Positions 25,705-42,344 of a stretch of 64,000 nucleotides of DNA are shown piece by piece. Every line of letters starts with the position of its first letter. Positions within the stretch are counted from its first letter, which is position 1. The position numbers and the translations under genes were made by a program. The stretch is from positions 10,168,001-10,232,000 of the forward strand of contig CM022675.1 of NCBI GenBank assembly GCA_012295275.1, read 5' to 3'. The notes under the pieces are model-generated. The model did no database searches. It worked only from the letters and a program-made list of their open reading frames with translations, and was not told the DNA's origin. Source of the DNA: Chrysomallon squamiferum (Eukaryota; Animalia; Mollusca).

Positions 25705-27730
25705 GACAACAGTAACAAAAAGAAAAGTTGTAATAACAAGTTACAATACTTGTAGTGGTTGGCTAGAGTTATACTATACTTCTGGTTATTGTTATCGTTA
25801 TTGGTTTTGTTATTATGATTATAATTTTCGTTATTATTTATGTTATATACGTATATAACTGGTGTAACAACTGGCTTTATTTTATATTTGTTAGGATTTT
25901 ATCAAAAAATCCGCTTGGAATCGTGTACAAGTACTAATGGGCTGACAGGAAATGATCTGGAGTCTATGTCAATTATAACAGACGGGTAATCTTACTAAAA
26001 GTCTCAGTTTTCTACTCAAGCTCAGTAAAAATTATTCCAGCTTGCTTTCACTACAAATTTCTACTCTTATGTTTTCTGTCTAAATTTCAAATAATCTTAG
26101 GTCTCACATATTTGTTTGTTTGTTTATTACATTTTTTATTTGTTTGTAAATTAATTCATTCATTTATTTAATGATCAGTTTGTTTCATTTGCTTTCTTGC
26201 TTATTTAAGTATGTTATTTACTTATTTATTTACTTACTTATTTACCTACTTTTGTACTTACTGATTTAGTTACTTGTTTAGTTAACTTTTTTTTTCTATT
26301 TTATTTACTTAAATACTTTCTTTTCTATTTCATTACTTACTTACTTACCTTATTTATTTCCTTACTTATTTAGTGATTTACTTTCTTAAATTAGCTAATT
26401 ACTTACTTATGTATTTTACTTTGTTACTTATTTATTAAATTACTAAACTACCTCCTTGTTTACTTACATACCTTTGTACTGATATACTTATTCACTTATT
26501 TAATGACTTAAATTCTTTCTGGATTACTTACTTGTAGCTGCCCAGAAGAAAATCTTGGAAAACTTTGGAAGCAGAAACCTAATCTACTGACCAATGTTTC
26601 AATCAGTTTCCAGCTGCAAGCGTTCAAGTTTAACAATGCCCCATCAGTTGAAATGACCTGTAACTTGAAGCTGTGTTCTGCTGGCAAAACCCTGTTCTGT
26701 AATCCAGTAAGTATCAGAAATTCTTCACATTCTTACGAAGGATCTTACAGATGACAGACGAAATTCCTATACACAGATGTCTCTGTGTATGTATGAATGT
26801 ATTTTAGAATATATGTGTTATTGTTCTTGTTGTTGTGGATGTAATTAATGGCCGTTTTGGCACCGTAATTATACATGATGAGAGTCGAAATTCTCACAAA
26901 CAGAAAACCATGTGTTGTCCCTTTGATGAACATACTGATCTAGATGTCTCCATGTACGTAAGAATGTTATGTTTGTATCTTTCGAGATTCTACTGAGAAT
27001 GAAAAATGGGATTGACGGAGGTGTGTTACAGATGCTGTTGTTGTTGTTGTTGTTGATGTAATTAAATAACACTTACTTTTAGGTTTCCTGCGATGAAAGA
27101 AAGAGAAAACGTCGATCAACAGAAAACTCTGATGTTACTGTGAAGAAAACATTTGTCATTGAATTTTATGAAGACACAAAACCATCAGGTAAATCTGTCA
27201 GTTATTTTACCTGCCTGTGTTTCTTTCTGATACGGATATAAACATTTCAGTGTCCATCTCTGTCTGTCTGTCTATATGTCTATCTATTTCTCACTATATA
27301 TATAATTATATATCTCTGCTTTTCTTTTAGCATGTCTGTTTCTTTATCTATCTTCCTCTTTGCCCAATTGTGTTTATGTTTCTGTATCTATCTGTCTGTC
27401 TGTCTCTGTGTTTTTATCTGTATTGATAGTCTCCATACCTCTCCATTCGTCCATATAGTAATAAGTTAGCAATTATAATAGTAACATTTATATATATAAT
27501 GTCATCACCATCTTAAGTATTATTTCTTTTATTATACAGGATCACTGGAGGACAAGAACGTAGATGAAGGTCAAGGGGAGAGTTCTGGTAACAAATCCAG
27601 TCCTGAATCTCAAATCATCATCCCCATGGTTGTAGGCGTTGCCATAGCAACGTTACTGATTGTTCTCATTATTGTTTTCACTGTCGTACTTCTGCGGAAA
27701 CGACAGAGGAAAGAAAATTGTGAAAATTAG
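18808..27730 (+). CDS. EGF-like and zona pellucida (ZP) domain type I membrane protein, copy B, complete (449 aa)
   Basis: Exons: 18808-18856 (signal peptide MLRIFLFLTFVAGVLTG), 20759-20890 (EGF1, 6 Cys), 21267-21407 (EGF2, 6 Cys), 22160-22347 and 23555-23700 (ZP-N, 4 Cys), 24133-24269, 25895-25985, 26538-26706, 27083-27188 (ZP-C, 6 Cys, RKRKRR furin site), 27540-27730 (TM, TAG). Total 1350 nt, phase-consistent. The architecture matches the molluscan EGF-ZP (EGFZP/EGFL) family. Confidence 0.92.
18957..19162. mobile_element. Possible short MITE remnant (pogo/Tigger-like)
   Basis: Begins TA|CAGGTACCGGACCAATTATCCGG, with repeated AAATCCGGAAA/AATCCAGAAA subterminal motifs, and ends near TCCGAATAAG. 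The termini are degraded. Confidence 0.3.
19269..20007 (+). mobile_element. Non-autonomous pogo/Tigger DNA transposon in the first coding-region intron of copy B
   Basis: TA-flanked TIRs CAGTGGTACATTGACTTACGAG ... CTCGTAAGTCAAGGTACCCACTTG. A decayed N-terminal CENP-B-type HTH starts at ATG 19513: MDPKKVNAKDSAEKKKRMMSIELK...LARHYERSTSTI*TI. Confidence 0.85.
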
Positions 27731-27901
27731 AAAACTTCAGTTTTCTTCAGCGGCCATCACAGAAAGACGCTTTTGTTATTTTCATATATTTTTGTTTTGA
27801 AATGCTTTGACTTTCTGCTTCTGTTTGCTAATTATACCTTTTCATAAATATTTTGTTTTCATTATTTCTCTTTTATATTTTATTATTATTTATATTTATA
27901 G

Positions 27902-27949
<48 letters not shown>

Positions 27950-27954
27950 TATTA

Positions 27955-27998
<44 letters not shown>

Positions 27999-28130
27999 GT
28001 AAGCAAATTTTTATTATATATTGTTTGGTTTATTAATGAATTATGACATTTTAAATCAGTTCATTATTATTATTAGTTGTGGTGTCATATTCTTTTTCAA
28101 TTATTTATTTATTTATTTATTTATTTATCT

Positions 28131-28198
<68 letters not shown>

Positions 28199-28878
28199 TT
28201 ATTTATTTCATAGACTAGGTTTTTGGATTTTCATCTTCTTCTTATTTTTCACTTACGCCTCAGTTTGTCTGCCAAAGCTTCAACTGCCGCTGACAATAAT
28301 TGTTCTTTTAAATATTTCTAAATGAATAAATAAAACACACTGCTTGAATTATTTTGTTTGTTGTGATTGAAAAGACAGACACAGTGAGTGAGATGAAAAG
28401 TAGAAATAGGAAAAACAGGATAAAGATAAATGTTAAAAAAGAGCATTGGTGGTGTTTTTACAGATCAACTTGTTGAACGTGGAACTTGTCAAAATAACAA
28501 TCTTTCTGTCAGTCTGTCTGTCTGATTATCTACGAGTGGCCACAAATTAAAATTTACTGATGTCTGTCAAAGAGTGGGTAATACATGTCTACAATTCTTC
28601 ACTTGTCCAAAAACTGGACGTAAACTGGAAACACAAAAATATGACATATTGCATACAGTCTTCTTGAATGAAATAATTGTTAAGGTATGACACAATTAGA
28701 ATATGTGAGAGATATGTCATTATGTTTTGTACTATCTCTACAACAGAAAGAAACTGTATTTTCAGATTAGACAGTATTTCTCATGAAGTAATCTACATCA
28801 TCTACATGCCCTACTGGAGTAATCTACATCATCTACATGCCCTACTGCTACATCATCCATTACTGGATCCCAGATTCC

Positions 28879-28959
<81 letters not shown>

Positions 28960-29752
28960 CAGCATCATGTATGTAACAGATAAGCTGATACCTTTGGTAC
29001 TATCTATATCCACAAAGCAACTGAATTTTCAGATTACAAAACATTTCTCGCGGAGTAATTTACATTATCTGTACGCCCTGCTCCATAACCTTAGCAAATC
29101 CTTGTTCCTAAAACACCTTCCTTATCACAGACTGATGTTGATTCATTCAGAGTGATACATTTTGATATTTATAGAAGAAAATAATTTATACTGCAACAGT
29201 CGACATTCAGAAAAATTTTAAATATCAGTATTAAATAAACTACTTCTCTTTAACCACAATTAATGGCACCCTTGATATCCCACACACAAAATACCTGAAT
29301 ATACTTCATATACTTCCAAGTTATTTGTTTCTGATGTAATACGCATGACAGAGAATATAATTTTGCATTTTTTATTCATACAGTGGTAAACAGACACGCA
29401 GAAAAATCCTTAAAAGACTGAGGATGTAGTAATCGGATTAAAATTTATTCCAGATGTTCTTTTTTATTTATTTGTTTCTAATTGTTCATTATTTTAAACA
29501 TTATTCTGTCACAACAAAATTGAACATTTCAGCCTTCACACATCCTTGTAAGTAAGTTGTTTTGATTTCGTTCATGATTAGCCAAAATAATGTGTAAGTA
29601 AGCTCTGAATTACTTGTTAGAATTATCAAGATTATACTTACAAAAACTCTAACTTAAGAAACCGCCAAAGTAACATAGAAAAATAAAGAAGAAAGTAACA
29701 TAAAACAAATATGTATATATCTATGTGTTATTAATACTGTAATTCTACAAAG

Positions 29753-29813
<61 letters not shown>

Positions 29814-31417
29814 CAAGTAATTTGAAAGGGTTGATGACATTTTTCTGAAGAAATCTTTTTGGGGCATTTCTTTCATTGAAAACAAAATGAATGCATTAAG
29901 CTGTTATAAATATATATCTATGAAAATATAAATTAAAAACATAAGTTTTAATATTTTGTAAAAGATATCAATAATTTACACTATAAAAGAAAATATGCTG
30001 TAAGACGATGATCAAGGTAACTAACTCTTGTATCCTTACTACTCAGTAAATGCGTACAAGAGTTAACTCTCTTCGGCTGCACTGATCTATAAACTGAAAG
30101 CAGTGACGTGTCACAGGTGAGATAGGTATTGTTCATTTATCATAATCTATGTTCATTTCAGTGTAAGTAACATTATAAATTCTGATGTCTTGTTTCAGTG
30201 AAGTGAATTTGGCCTTCAGTAGTTCTGAGTTACTTGCTGTTGGGAATTCTAATTAATTTAGATCCAGTTCATGAACATCTGACAATTTCTGGACATGTCG
30301 AACCTTTTACCCTAACCAGCTAATATCCGTTTCCAATAACGACAAGAATATCTGTTATATTTTTTATTTTGTTACAATTGCATTTCGTCTAAGCAAAGGT
30401 CATTTCTATACGGTTGATATTAGTAAAACATAATTTTTTTGTCATAATTTAAATTATTAAGAGTTGAAATGATTCAGGGCTCGATGTTTTTTCTTTCTTT
30501 CGTTCCTTTTTTCTTTAGTTTTCTTTTTTTGTTTATTTAATTTAATAGCGAAAAAAACGCAGCGCACTAAGAAAAAGTTTTGTCGTTGATTAGTAGAATT
30601 GTGTAACTGAAATGTGTGACAGTAAATTAATACGAACGACCCAGGTATCTTGAAAGAATGGCTGCCCAAGACCAGCATATTTCAGACATGGATGTAAACA
30701 AATGTCAAACAACTGACTGAATAAACTGAATATTGCTTGACTGTTAAAATACAATGATTTATGAAATACTTATCCTTTCACTATTACAAATAAAAAAAAA
30801 AAAAAAAATAAAAGTGCGTACTGAATAACTTTATTTTCAAAACAGCAGAACTATAAAATATATGGCGAGGGTTAGGCTGATCTATTCACTATTTCCACGC
30901 TGTTATCTTTTCTCAGTTCTCTCATTTTGTTCCAACAATAAAACAAAAAATTAATGAATTTATCAGCTACGATATACTTGGCATTGCTTTTCAGTTTATA
31001 GGTCAGTGCAGCCAAAGAGAGTTAACTCTTGTACGCATTTACCCAGTAGTAAAGGATTACAAGAGTTAGTTACCTTGATCATCTTAAATCGTTTTTATCT
31101 CACTCACTCTGTCTTTTTAGTCATAACAAACAAAATAATTGAAGCAGTATGTTTTATTTATTCAGTTAGAAATATTTAAATGATCAATTATTGTCAGCGG
31201 CAGTTGAAGCTTTGGCAGACAAATTGAGGCGTAAGTGAAAAATAAGAAGAAGATGAAAATACAAAATCCTAGTCTATGAAATAAATACATAAATAAATAA
31301 ATAATTAATTAATTCAATGAAAAAGAATATAACACCACCACCAATAATAATAATAAACTGATTTAAAATGTTATAATTTATTAATAAACCAAGCAGTATA
31401 TAATAAAATTTGCTTAC

Positions 31418-31484
<67 letters not shown>

Positions 31485-33566
31485 CAACAACAATAATAAT
31501 AATGCCATAAATATGAAGAATAATAAAATATAAAAGAAAATATTTATGACAAGGTGTAGTTAGAAAACGGAAGCAGAAAGTCAAAGCATTTTAAAAAATA
31601 TATAAAAATAACAAAAGCGTCTTTCAATGATGGCCGCTGAAGAAAACTGAAGTTTTCTAATTTTCAGAATTTTCTTTCCTCTGTCTTTTCCGCAGAAGTA
31701 CGACAGCGAAAACAACAATGAGAACAATCAGTAACGTTGCTATGGCAACGCCTACAACCAGGGGGATGATGATTTGAGATTCAGGACTGGATTTGTTACC
31801 AGAAGTCTCCCCTTGACCTTCATCTGCGTTCTTGTCCTCCAGTGATCCTGTATAATAAAAGAAATAATACTTAGGATGGTGATGACATTATATATATAAA
31901 TGTTACTATTATAATTGCTAACTTATTACTATACGGATGAATGGACAGGTATGGAGACTATCAATACAGATAAACACACAGAGACAGACAGACAGACAGA
32001 GAGACCGACAGACACACAGACAGATAGATACAGAAACATAAACACAATTAGGCAAAGAGGAAGATAGATAAAGAAACAGACATGCTAAAAGAAAAGCAGA
32101 GATATATAATTATATATACACAGTGAGAAACAGCTAGACATACAAACTGACAGACACACACAGACAATGAAATGTTTATATCCGTATCAGAAAGAAACAC
32201 AGGCAGGTAAAATAATTGACAGATTTACCTGATGATTTTGTGTCTTCATAAAATTCAATGACAAATGTTTTCTTCACAGTAACATCAGAGTTTTCTGTTG
32301 ATCGACGTTTTCTCCTTCCTTCATGGCAGGGATACTGAAAGTACGTGTTATTTAATTACATCATCAACAACAACAACAACATCTGTAACACACCTCCGTC
32401 AATCCCATTTTTCATTCTCAGTAGAATCTCGACAAGATAGAAACATAACATTCTTACGTACATGGAGACATCTAGATCAGTATGTTCATCAAAGGGACAA
32501 CACATGCTTTTCTGTCTGTGAGAATTTCGACTCTCATCATGTATAATTACGGTGCCAAAACGGCCATTAATTACATCCACAACAACAAGAACAATAACAC
32601 ATATATTCTAAAATACATTCATCTGTGTATGGGAATTTCGTCTGTCATCTGTAAGATCCTTCGTTATATGGTAATTATGGTGCCAAAAAAAGGGTCGTAT
32701 CATATACAGTTTTCCATATTATTGTGAATCTCAGATTGAAGATTGGGAATTTAGCAAAATTTGCATGTTCAGCTAGAATACTACTTTAGTAGGAGGAATG
32801 TAGAGAGTAAGAATGTGAAGAATTTCTGATACTTACTGCATTACACATCTGGACTTCGGCAGCAGAACACAGCTTCAAGCTACAGGTCATTTCAACTGAT
32901 GGGGCAGTGTTAAACTTGAATACTTGCAACTGGAAACTGATTGAAACATTGGTCAGAAGATTAGGTTTCTGCTTCCAAAGTTTTCCAAGATTTTCTTCTG
33001 GGCAGCTACAAGTAAGTAATGCAGAAAGAAAATAAGTAAATAACTTAGTAAGCCCAACAAGACTGCGAGCAAAATGAAACAAACTGATCATTAAATAAAT
33101 GAATTAATTAATTTATAAACAAATACAAATGTTAATAAACATAACAAACAAAGAAATGAATATGTGACACCTAAGATTATTTGAAATTTAGACAGAAAAC
33201 ATAGGATTAGAAATTTGTAGTGAAAGCAAGCTAAAATAATTTTTACTGAGCTCAAGAAGAAAACTGATACTGTTAGCAAATATTACCTGTCTGTTATAAT
33301 TGCCATAGACTCCAGATCATTTCCTGTCAGTCCATTAGTACTTGTACACGATACCAAGAGGATTTTTTGATAAAATCCTAACAAATATAAAATAAAGCCA
33401 GTTGTTACACCAGTTATATACGTATATAACATAAATAATAACGAAAATTATAATCATAATAACAAAACCAATAACGATAACAATAACCAGAAGTATAGTA
33501 TAACTCTAGCCAACCACTACATGTATTGTAACTATTATTACAACTTTTCTTTTTGTTACTGTTGTC

Positions 33567-33636
<70 letters not shown>

Positions 33637-35981
33637 TGGTGCTAGCAAAGTAACAGTAGAAGTAATACTAGAACAGCTGGTTTGATTACTATGGTAACAA
33701 GAAGTTGGCGTAGTAGTGGTCGTAGAAGTAGTAGTAGTAGTAGTAGTAGTCTTAGTATAGTAGTAGTAACATTTACAGTGCTAAAACCAGTATTACCTGC
33801 AGTAGAGTGGCAACGTTAGCAAAAGCTTTAGTAGTAGTAGCAGTGTTAGTAATAATATTAGTAGTTATGGTAATAGTAACAGTGAAGTAGTACTAGCAAT
33901 ATTAATGAAAGTAGTAAGAATCAGTAGTAATTACCATTACGAAAAAGCAGCAGTAGTATAACATTAGCAAAAAGTTGTTGTTACATAGTGTTAGCAAGAA
34001 GTAGTGGTAAAATGTCCTTAGCAAGAATTAGTAGGAATAGAGCATTAGTGAAAAGCAATAATAATTAGTATCAATTTGGCACTAGAAACAAATACAGAAT
34101 AAGCAAGAAGTAGTAGTGTAGAGGTAGCAAGAATTAGTACTGATACAGCATTAAAAAAAGTAGTAATAATATACGATTAGCAAGAAGTAGGAGTAATAGA
34201 GCATTAGCAAGAAGTAGTAATAATATAACGGTATCAGTATTGGGTTCTGAAGAAACGGTGGTAATATAGTAACAGCAGCATTTGGTAGTAACACAGCAGT
34301 AACACGATGTATTGGATTACCAAGTTGTAGCAATGATGTAGGATTGCCAAGAAGTTGTAGCAATAAACATTACCTTCAGTTAGTAGCAGTACAGCAGCAG
34401 AAGATGCAGTGTTTGTGTTAGAAAAAAACGTAGTGGTAACGTAACCTTAGCATCAAGCAGTGAGGTATTACTAATACATTACCAATATGAAGCAGAAACA
34501 CAGCATTAATAGAAGGTAGTAGAGAGATACACTAGCAACAAAGCACTTAACAAAAAACAGCAGCAATGTAACATTAGTCAGAAATAGTAGTATTCCAGCA
34601 TGAGAAAGATGCAGTAGTAATATTACATACCATCAGCAGCAAGTAGTAATAATATAGCATTACCAGTATTGTAGTAGTAGTCGTACGAAGAAGTAGTCGT
34701 AATGTAACTTCAGGTGAAGGAAGCAGGGTTAGAAGTTTAGCAAGAAGAAATTGGAATGCATAACAAAGACGTAGCACTCATACAGCATTAGCAAGATGTA
34801 GTTAGCATATAGACCTACCCATGAACTTTATCAAGAAGTCGTAAGAATACAGCATTACGAAGGTGTAGTAGTAATATAGCCCCACAACCACGAATATAAC
34901 ATTACCAAATACTGCGCAAGAAAGTAGTGCTAATTGTAGTAGTACAGCATTACCAAGAAGCAGTGGTAATGAAGTGGAAGTAGTGATACGACGGTAGTTT
35001 TGGAAGTACCTTTAACTGCAGTAAACTCAAACGTGAGACGATCACTCAGTGATACAGGTCCTGACACCACTGACCCGTCTTCCTTTTTGATCTCAAATTT
35101 CACTTCGGAGGAAGTTTTACTGGTAACAGCAGCATCCTTGGTGTGTCTATAACACAACATTTGTATTACCATTATCATTCGTCTGTATATCTGCTAGCCC
35201 TTCTGTCTGTTTCTATGTATGTCTGTAATATGTATATATGCATATACATGTGTGTGTATATATATATGTGTGTGTGTGTGTATATGTGTGTGTGTATGTG
35301 TGTGTATGGAAGGATGGATTTGTGTCAGAGTGTTTATATTACGTTGGTATATTACACAGGTATGAATGTGTATATTTAACGTATAATAATTATTAGGTAT
35401 ATGTGTAGGTGTGTAGATACGTATGTTATTGCACATGCAGACATTAACTCACCCTTCTGATTGTATGTTGTCCAGTTTTTTGCTCACACTCACGGTACTG
35501 ATATCATCTCTCGTACAAGTCACAGTGACCTTGACATCGAGGCTTGTCAGAAACATCGAATTAAACTGTATGATGAAATCTCTCGACCGATTATTTGTCT
35601 GAATAATAAATAACAACATGTAAAAGAAGAGGAACAGTATTCGTGGTGTTCATAGTAGTTATCATTACAGTAACAGAACATGAATAAAAAATATAAAAAA
35701 ATCTTGAAATCATTTATATCATTAAAATATAGATCTTTTTTATTATTGGCTATTATTATTATTATTATTCCTAGTATTACTAGAATTACTACTAGCACTA
35801 GTGCTACTACTACTGTCACCACCAATCTACTATTATTATTGTTGTTTAATACGAATATAATTCAAATATGATGTACAGATCCTGTTCTAATAAGAAAATG
35901 GTGCGAAAAAAAGGTATTATTAATGACTGATACCCATTGATTTCCTGTGAGTTTAATATCTGAAAAATCAGATAACAGATT
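23172..35981. repeat. Large inverted segmental duplication (arm in B about 23172-30105; arm in C about 30982-35981)
   Basis: Exons, introns and 3' flanks of B match the reverse complement of C. The innermost homology pairs 30007-30105 with 30982-31083. Confidence 0.9.
31657..35598 (-). CDS. EGF-ZP family membrane protein, copy C (inverted; 5' part lost in the assembly gap)
   Basis: Exons 35598-35453, 35146-35010, 33377-33287, 33005-32837, 32334-32229, 31847-31657 (TAG). Lengths and phases equal copy B and the frame is open throughout. Furin site RRKRR and TM helix are present. Confidence 0.88.
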
Positions 35982-36181
35982 NNNNNNNNNNNNNNNNNNN
36001 NNNNNNNNNNNNNNNNNNNNNNNNNNNNNNNNNNNNNNNNNNNNNNNNNNNNNNNNNNNNNNNNNNNNNNNNNNNNNNNNNNNNNNNNNNNNNNNNNNNN
36101 NNNNNNNNNNNNNNNNNNNNNNNNNNNNNNNNNNNNNNNNNNNNNNNNNNNNNNNNNNNNNNNNNNNNNNNNNNNNNNNNN
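35982..36181. other. Assembly gap (200 N)
   Basis: Run of N. Genes on both sides are cut off at it. Confidence 1.
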
Positions 36182-36264
36182 TGTTAATATTCTTGTACTA
36201 ATAATTGTTAACTCATCAAGAACGAGAACTTTGCTATTTCACCAAATGTGACTGTCAAACTTAC

Positions 36265-39313
<3,049 letters not shown>

Positions 39314-39314
<1 letters not shown>

Positions 39315-40005
39315 AAATACAGACAGATGAAACTATTTAAACTGGCACCTGTTTCAATACCAATCTGAAATAGACAGATGAAACTATTTAAACTGACACC
39401 TGTTTCAATACCAATCTGAAATACAGACAGATGAAACTGTGTTTAAACTGACACCTGTTTCAATACCAATCTGAAATACAGACAGATGAAACTGTATTTA
39501 AACTGCCACTTGTTTCAATACCAGTCTGAAATACAGACAGATGAAACTGTATTTAAACTGCCACCTGTTTCAATACCAATCTGAAATACAGACAGATGAA
39601 ACTGTATTTAAACTGACACCTGTTTCAATACCAATCTGAAATACAGAAGATGAAACAGATGAAACTGAATTTAAACTGAAATACAGACAGATGAAACTGT
39701 ATTTAAACTGCCACCTGTTTCAATACCAATCTGAAATACAGACAGATGAAACTATTTAAACTGACACCTGTTTCAATACCAATCTCAAATACAGACAGAT
39801 GAAACTGTATTTAAACTGCCAGCTGTTTCAATACCAATCTGAAATAGAGACAGATGAAGCTATTTAAATTGCCAGCTGTTTCAATACCAATCTGAAATAC
39901 AGACAGATGAAACTGTATTTAAACTGCCAGCTGTTTCAATACCAGTCTGAAATACAGACAGATGAAACTGTATTTAAACTGCCAGCTGTTTCAATACCAA
40001 TCTCA
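39314..40005. repeat. Minisatellite, about 55-bp unit, about 12 copies
   Basis: Unit gaaatacagacagatgaaactgtatttaaactgccacctgtttcaataccaatct. It abuts the truncated Tdc-like exon. Confidence 0.95.
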
Positions 40006-40860
40006 GTACTACATTAGTATACAATTTAATAAACTCTTCCAATTTTTCTAACATTTTAGCTGACATTTCTATATTTAATATTTTTTGTATTTGAATAATC
40101 ATTTATGATTGTGTACGACACAAAACAAATGTCTTTTGTGGTTAATAGAAAAACACACATGCACTTACATACAAACAGAAAGAAAAAAAACTAGAAAAAA
40201 GAAAGAAAGAATAAACAACAAAACAAAAGAAACAACAAAATATGAAGAAAAAAGGGAAAAAGATGAAACAAGAATCAGAAAAAGCAAGGAAAAGAAAAGA
40301 AACAGGAAAAAGAATAAGCCAAGATATAATAAAAACAAAACAAAAAAAACACTCTCTCTCTCCTTCATAATTATGTAAAATTTATTAATATTAAACTAAT
40401 TTTAAAATTCATTCAGTCTTAGTTCTTTGTTTTTTATCAATACATAATTTTGTTTTTATTACTAATACTTTTTAAACTTTAAGTGTAATGAAATAATACA
40501 TAAAATATAAGATAAAAATAAAATTATAATAACAATAGTATTAATAATTAAATTAATAAATAAAAATAGTAAAATAAAAAATAATTCAAATATAGAATTC
40601 TTATTTGATGTGAAGAAACAATATTTACAATTTATATAAAAAACAAACATATTTGTTATATAAGAACTTTTTTATTGAAACAACTTTGAAACACTTGAGA
40701 ACTAAACAAAAACAATGTATGAAACACAAAGTAACATCTAAAAAATTTAAATAAACCAATAAATAAGTAACAATTGTTAAAATTGTATTTATTAACTGAA
40801 AATTATAAGAATAATAGGCTTTCTTTCCCTGAAAATATCTAAAGGACTTTAATAAAAAAA

Positions 40861-40901
<41 letters not shown>

Positions 40902-41226
40902 CAGCAAGAATAATAATAATAAAAGCAACAACAACAACATTATAATAATATTAATAACAACAACAACAACAGTAATAAAAAAGCCCCAGCAACAACATTA
41001 ACAACAGCCATAATATTCCACAGTATTATCATTTTTATCTTAAACTACTGATAGATATTAAAATTATTATGTTAATGTTTTCAATTATGAAGAGAACCAA
41101 AGATTATATTAATATTTTTTACAAGTTTGTTTAGTCTAAAGACTCTGCCAGACACAGCTATTTATCAGATAAACTGATACTCGGTTAAACACTAGTTTTA
41201 TGAATGGTATTGTAACAAACAAATTG

Positions 41227-41289
<63 letters not shown>

Positions 41290-41729
41290 TAAAAAAATAG
41301 AAATTATAATTTAAAGAAATTAAATAAATAAAATAAAATAAAATATAATAAAATAGATCAATAAATAAATAAAAAAAAAAATAATAAGTAAATAAATAAT
41401 TGTATTAATAAAAACAAATAAATATGTAAATAAAAATAAATAAAAAGAATTAAAATAATAAATAAACAAGAAAGAAAATTTCAAACCCTACTTGCTAGAG
41501 AGGAAACCAGTTACATTAATCAGTAAAAAATGTTGTCCAGTCTTATGAGGAGTTCTCTTGGAATGGGAATTATTTATAAAAATATTGTAGTCAACAAGAA
41601 AACATATTCTTAATCAATGATATAATTTCTGGAAATTTTATTAAAATCAAATTCTGAATGGACAGTTTACCAAGGCACAAACTTATAAACATAAATGATT
41701 TAATTTCATTTTATTTTATTTATTTTAAA

Positions 41730-41794
<65 letters not shown>

Positions 41795-42033
41795 TATTTT
41801 ATTTCATTTCATTTCATTTATTTTTTTATTTTATTTTATTACATTTTAATGTATTTTTTATTTTATTTTATTTCATTTCATTTTATTACATTTTATTCAT
41901 GTCTTATTTTTATTTCACACCATTTCGTTTCTTTTCACATCACAGTCTGGGTAATAAAAATTACAACACTGATGTAAAATATAAACTCATTTTGCCTAAA
42001 ATAAAAAAAAAGATTTACTGCAGAGAGAAATAT

Positions 42034-42083
<50 letters not shown>

Positions 42084-42170
42084 TATATCTTGACACAATT
42101 ACAATATAAATTCATAAAAATATTATTTACAAAATTAATGAAAATATTAGTAGCTATAGTTATACTCTTA

Positions 42171-42267
<97 letters not shown>

Positions 42268-42297
42268 ACCTACATCCATTCATTGTAGAATGCAGAT

Positions 42298-42344
<47 letters not shown>

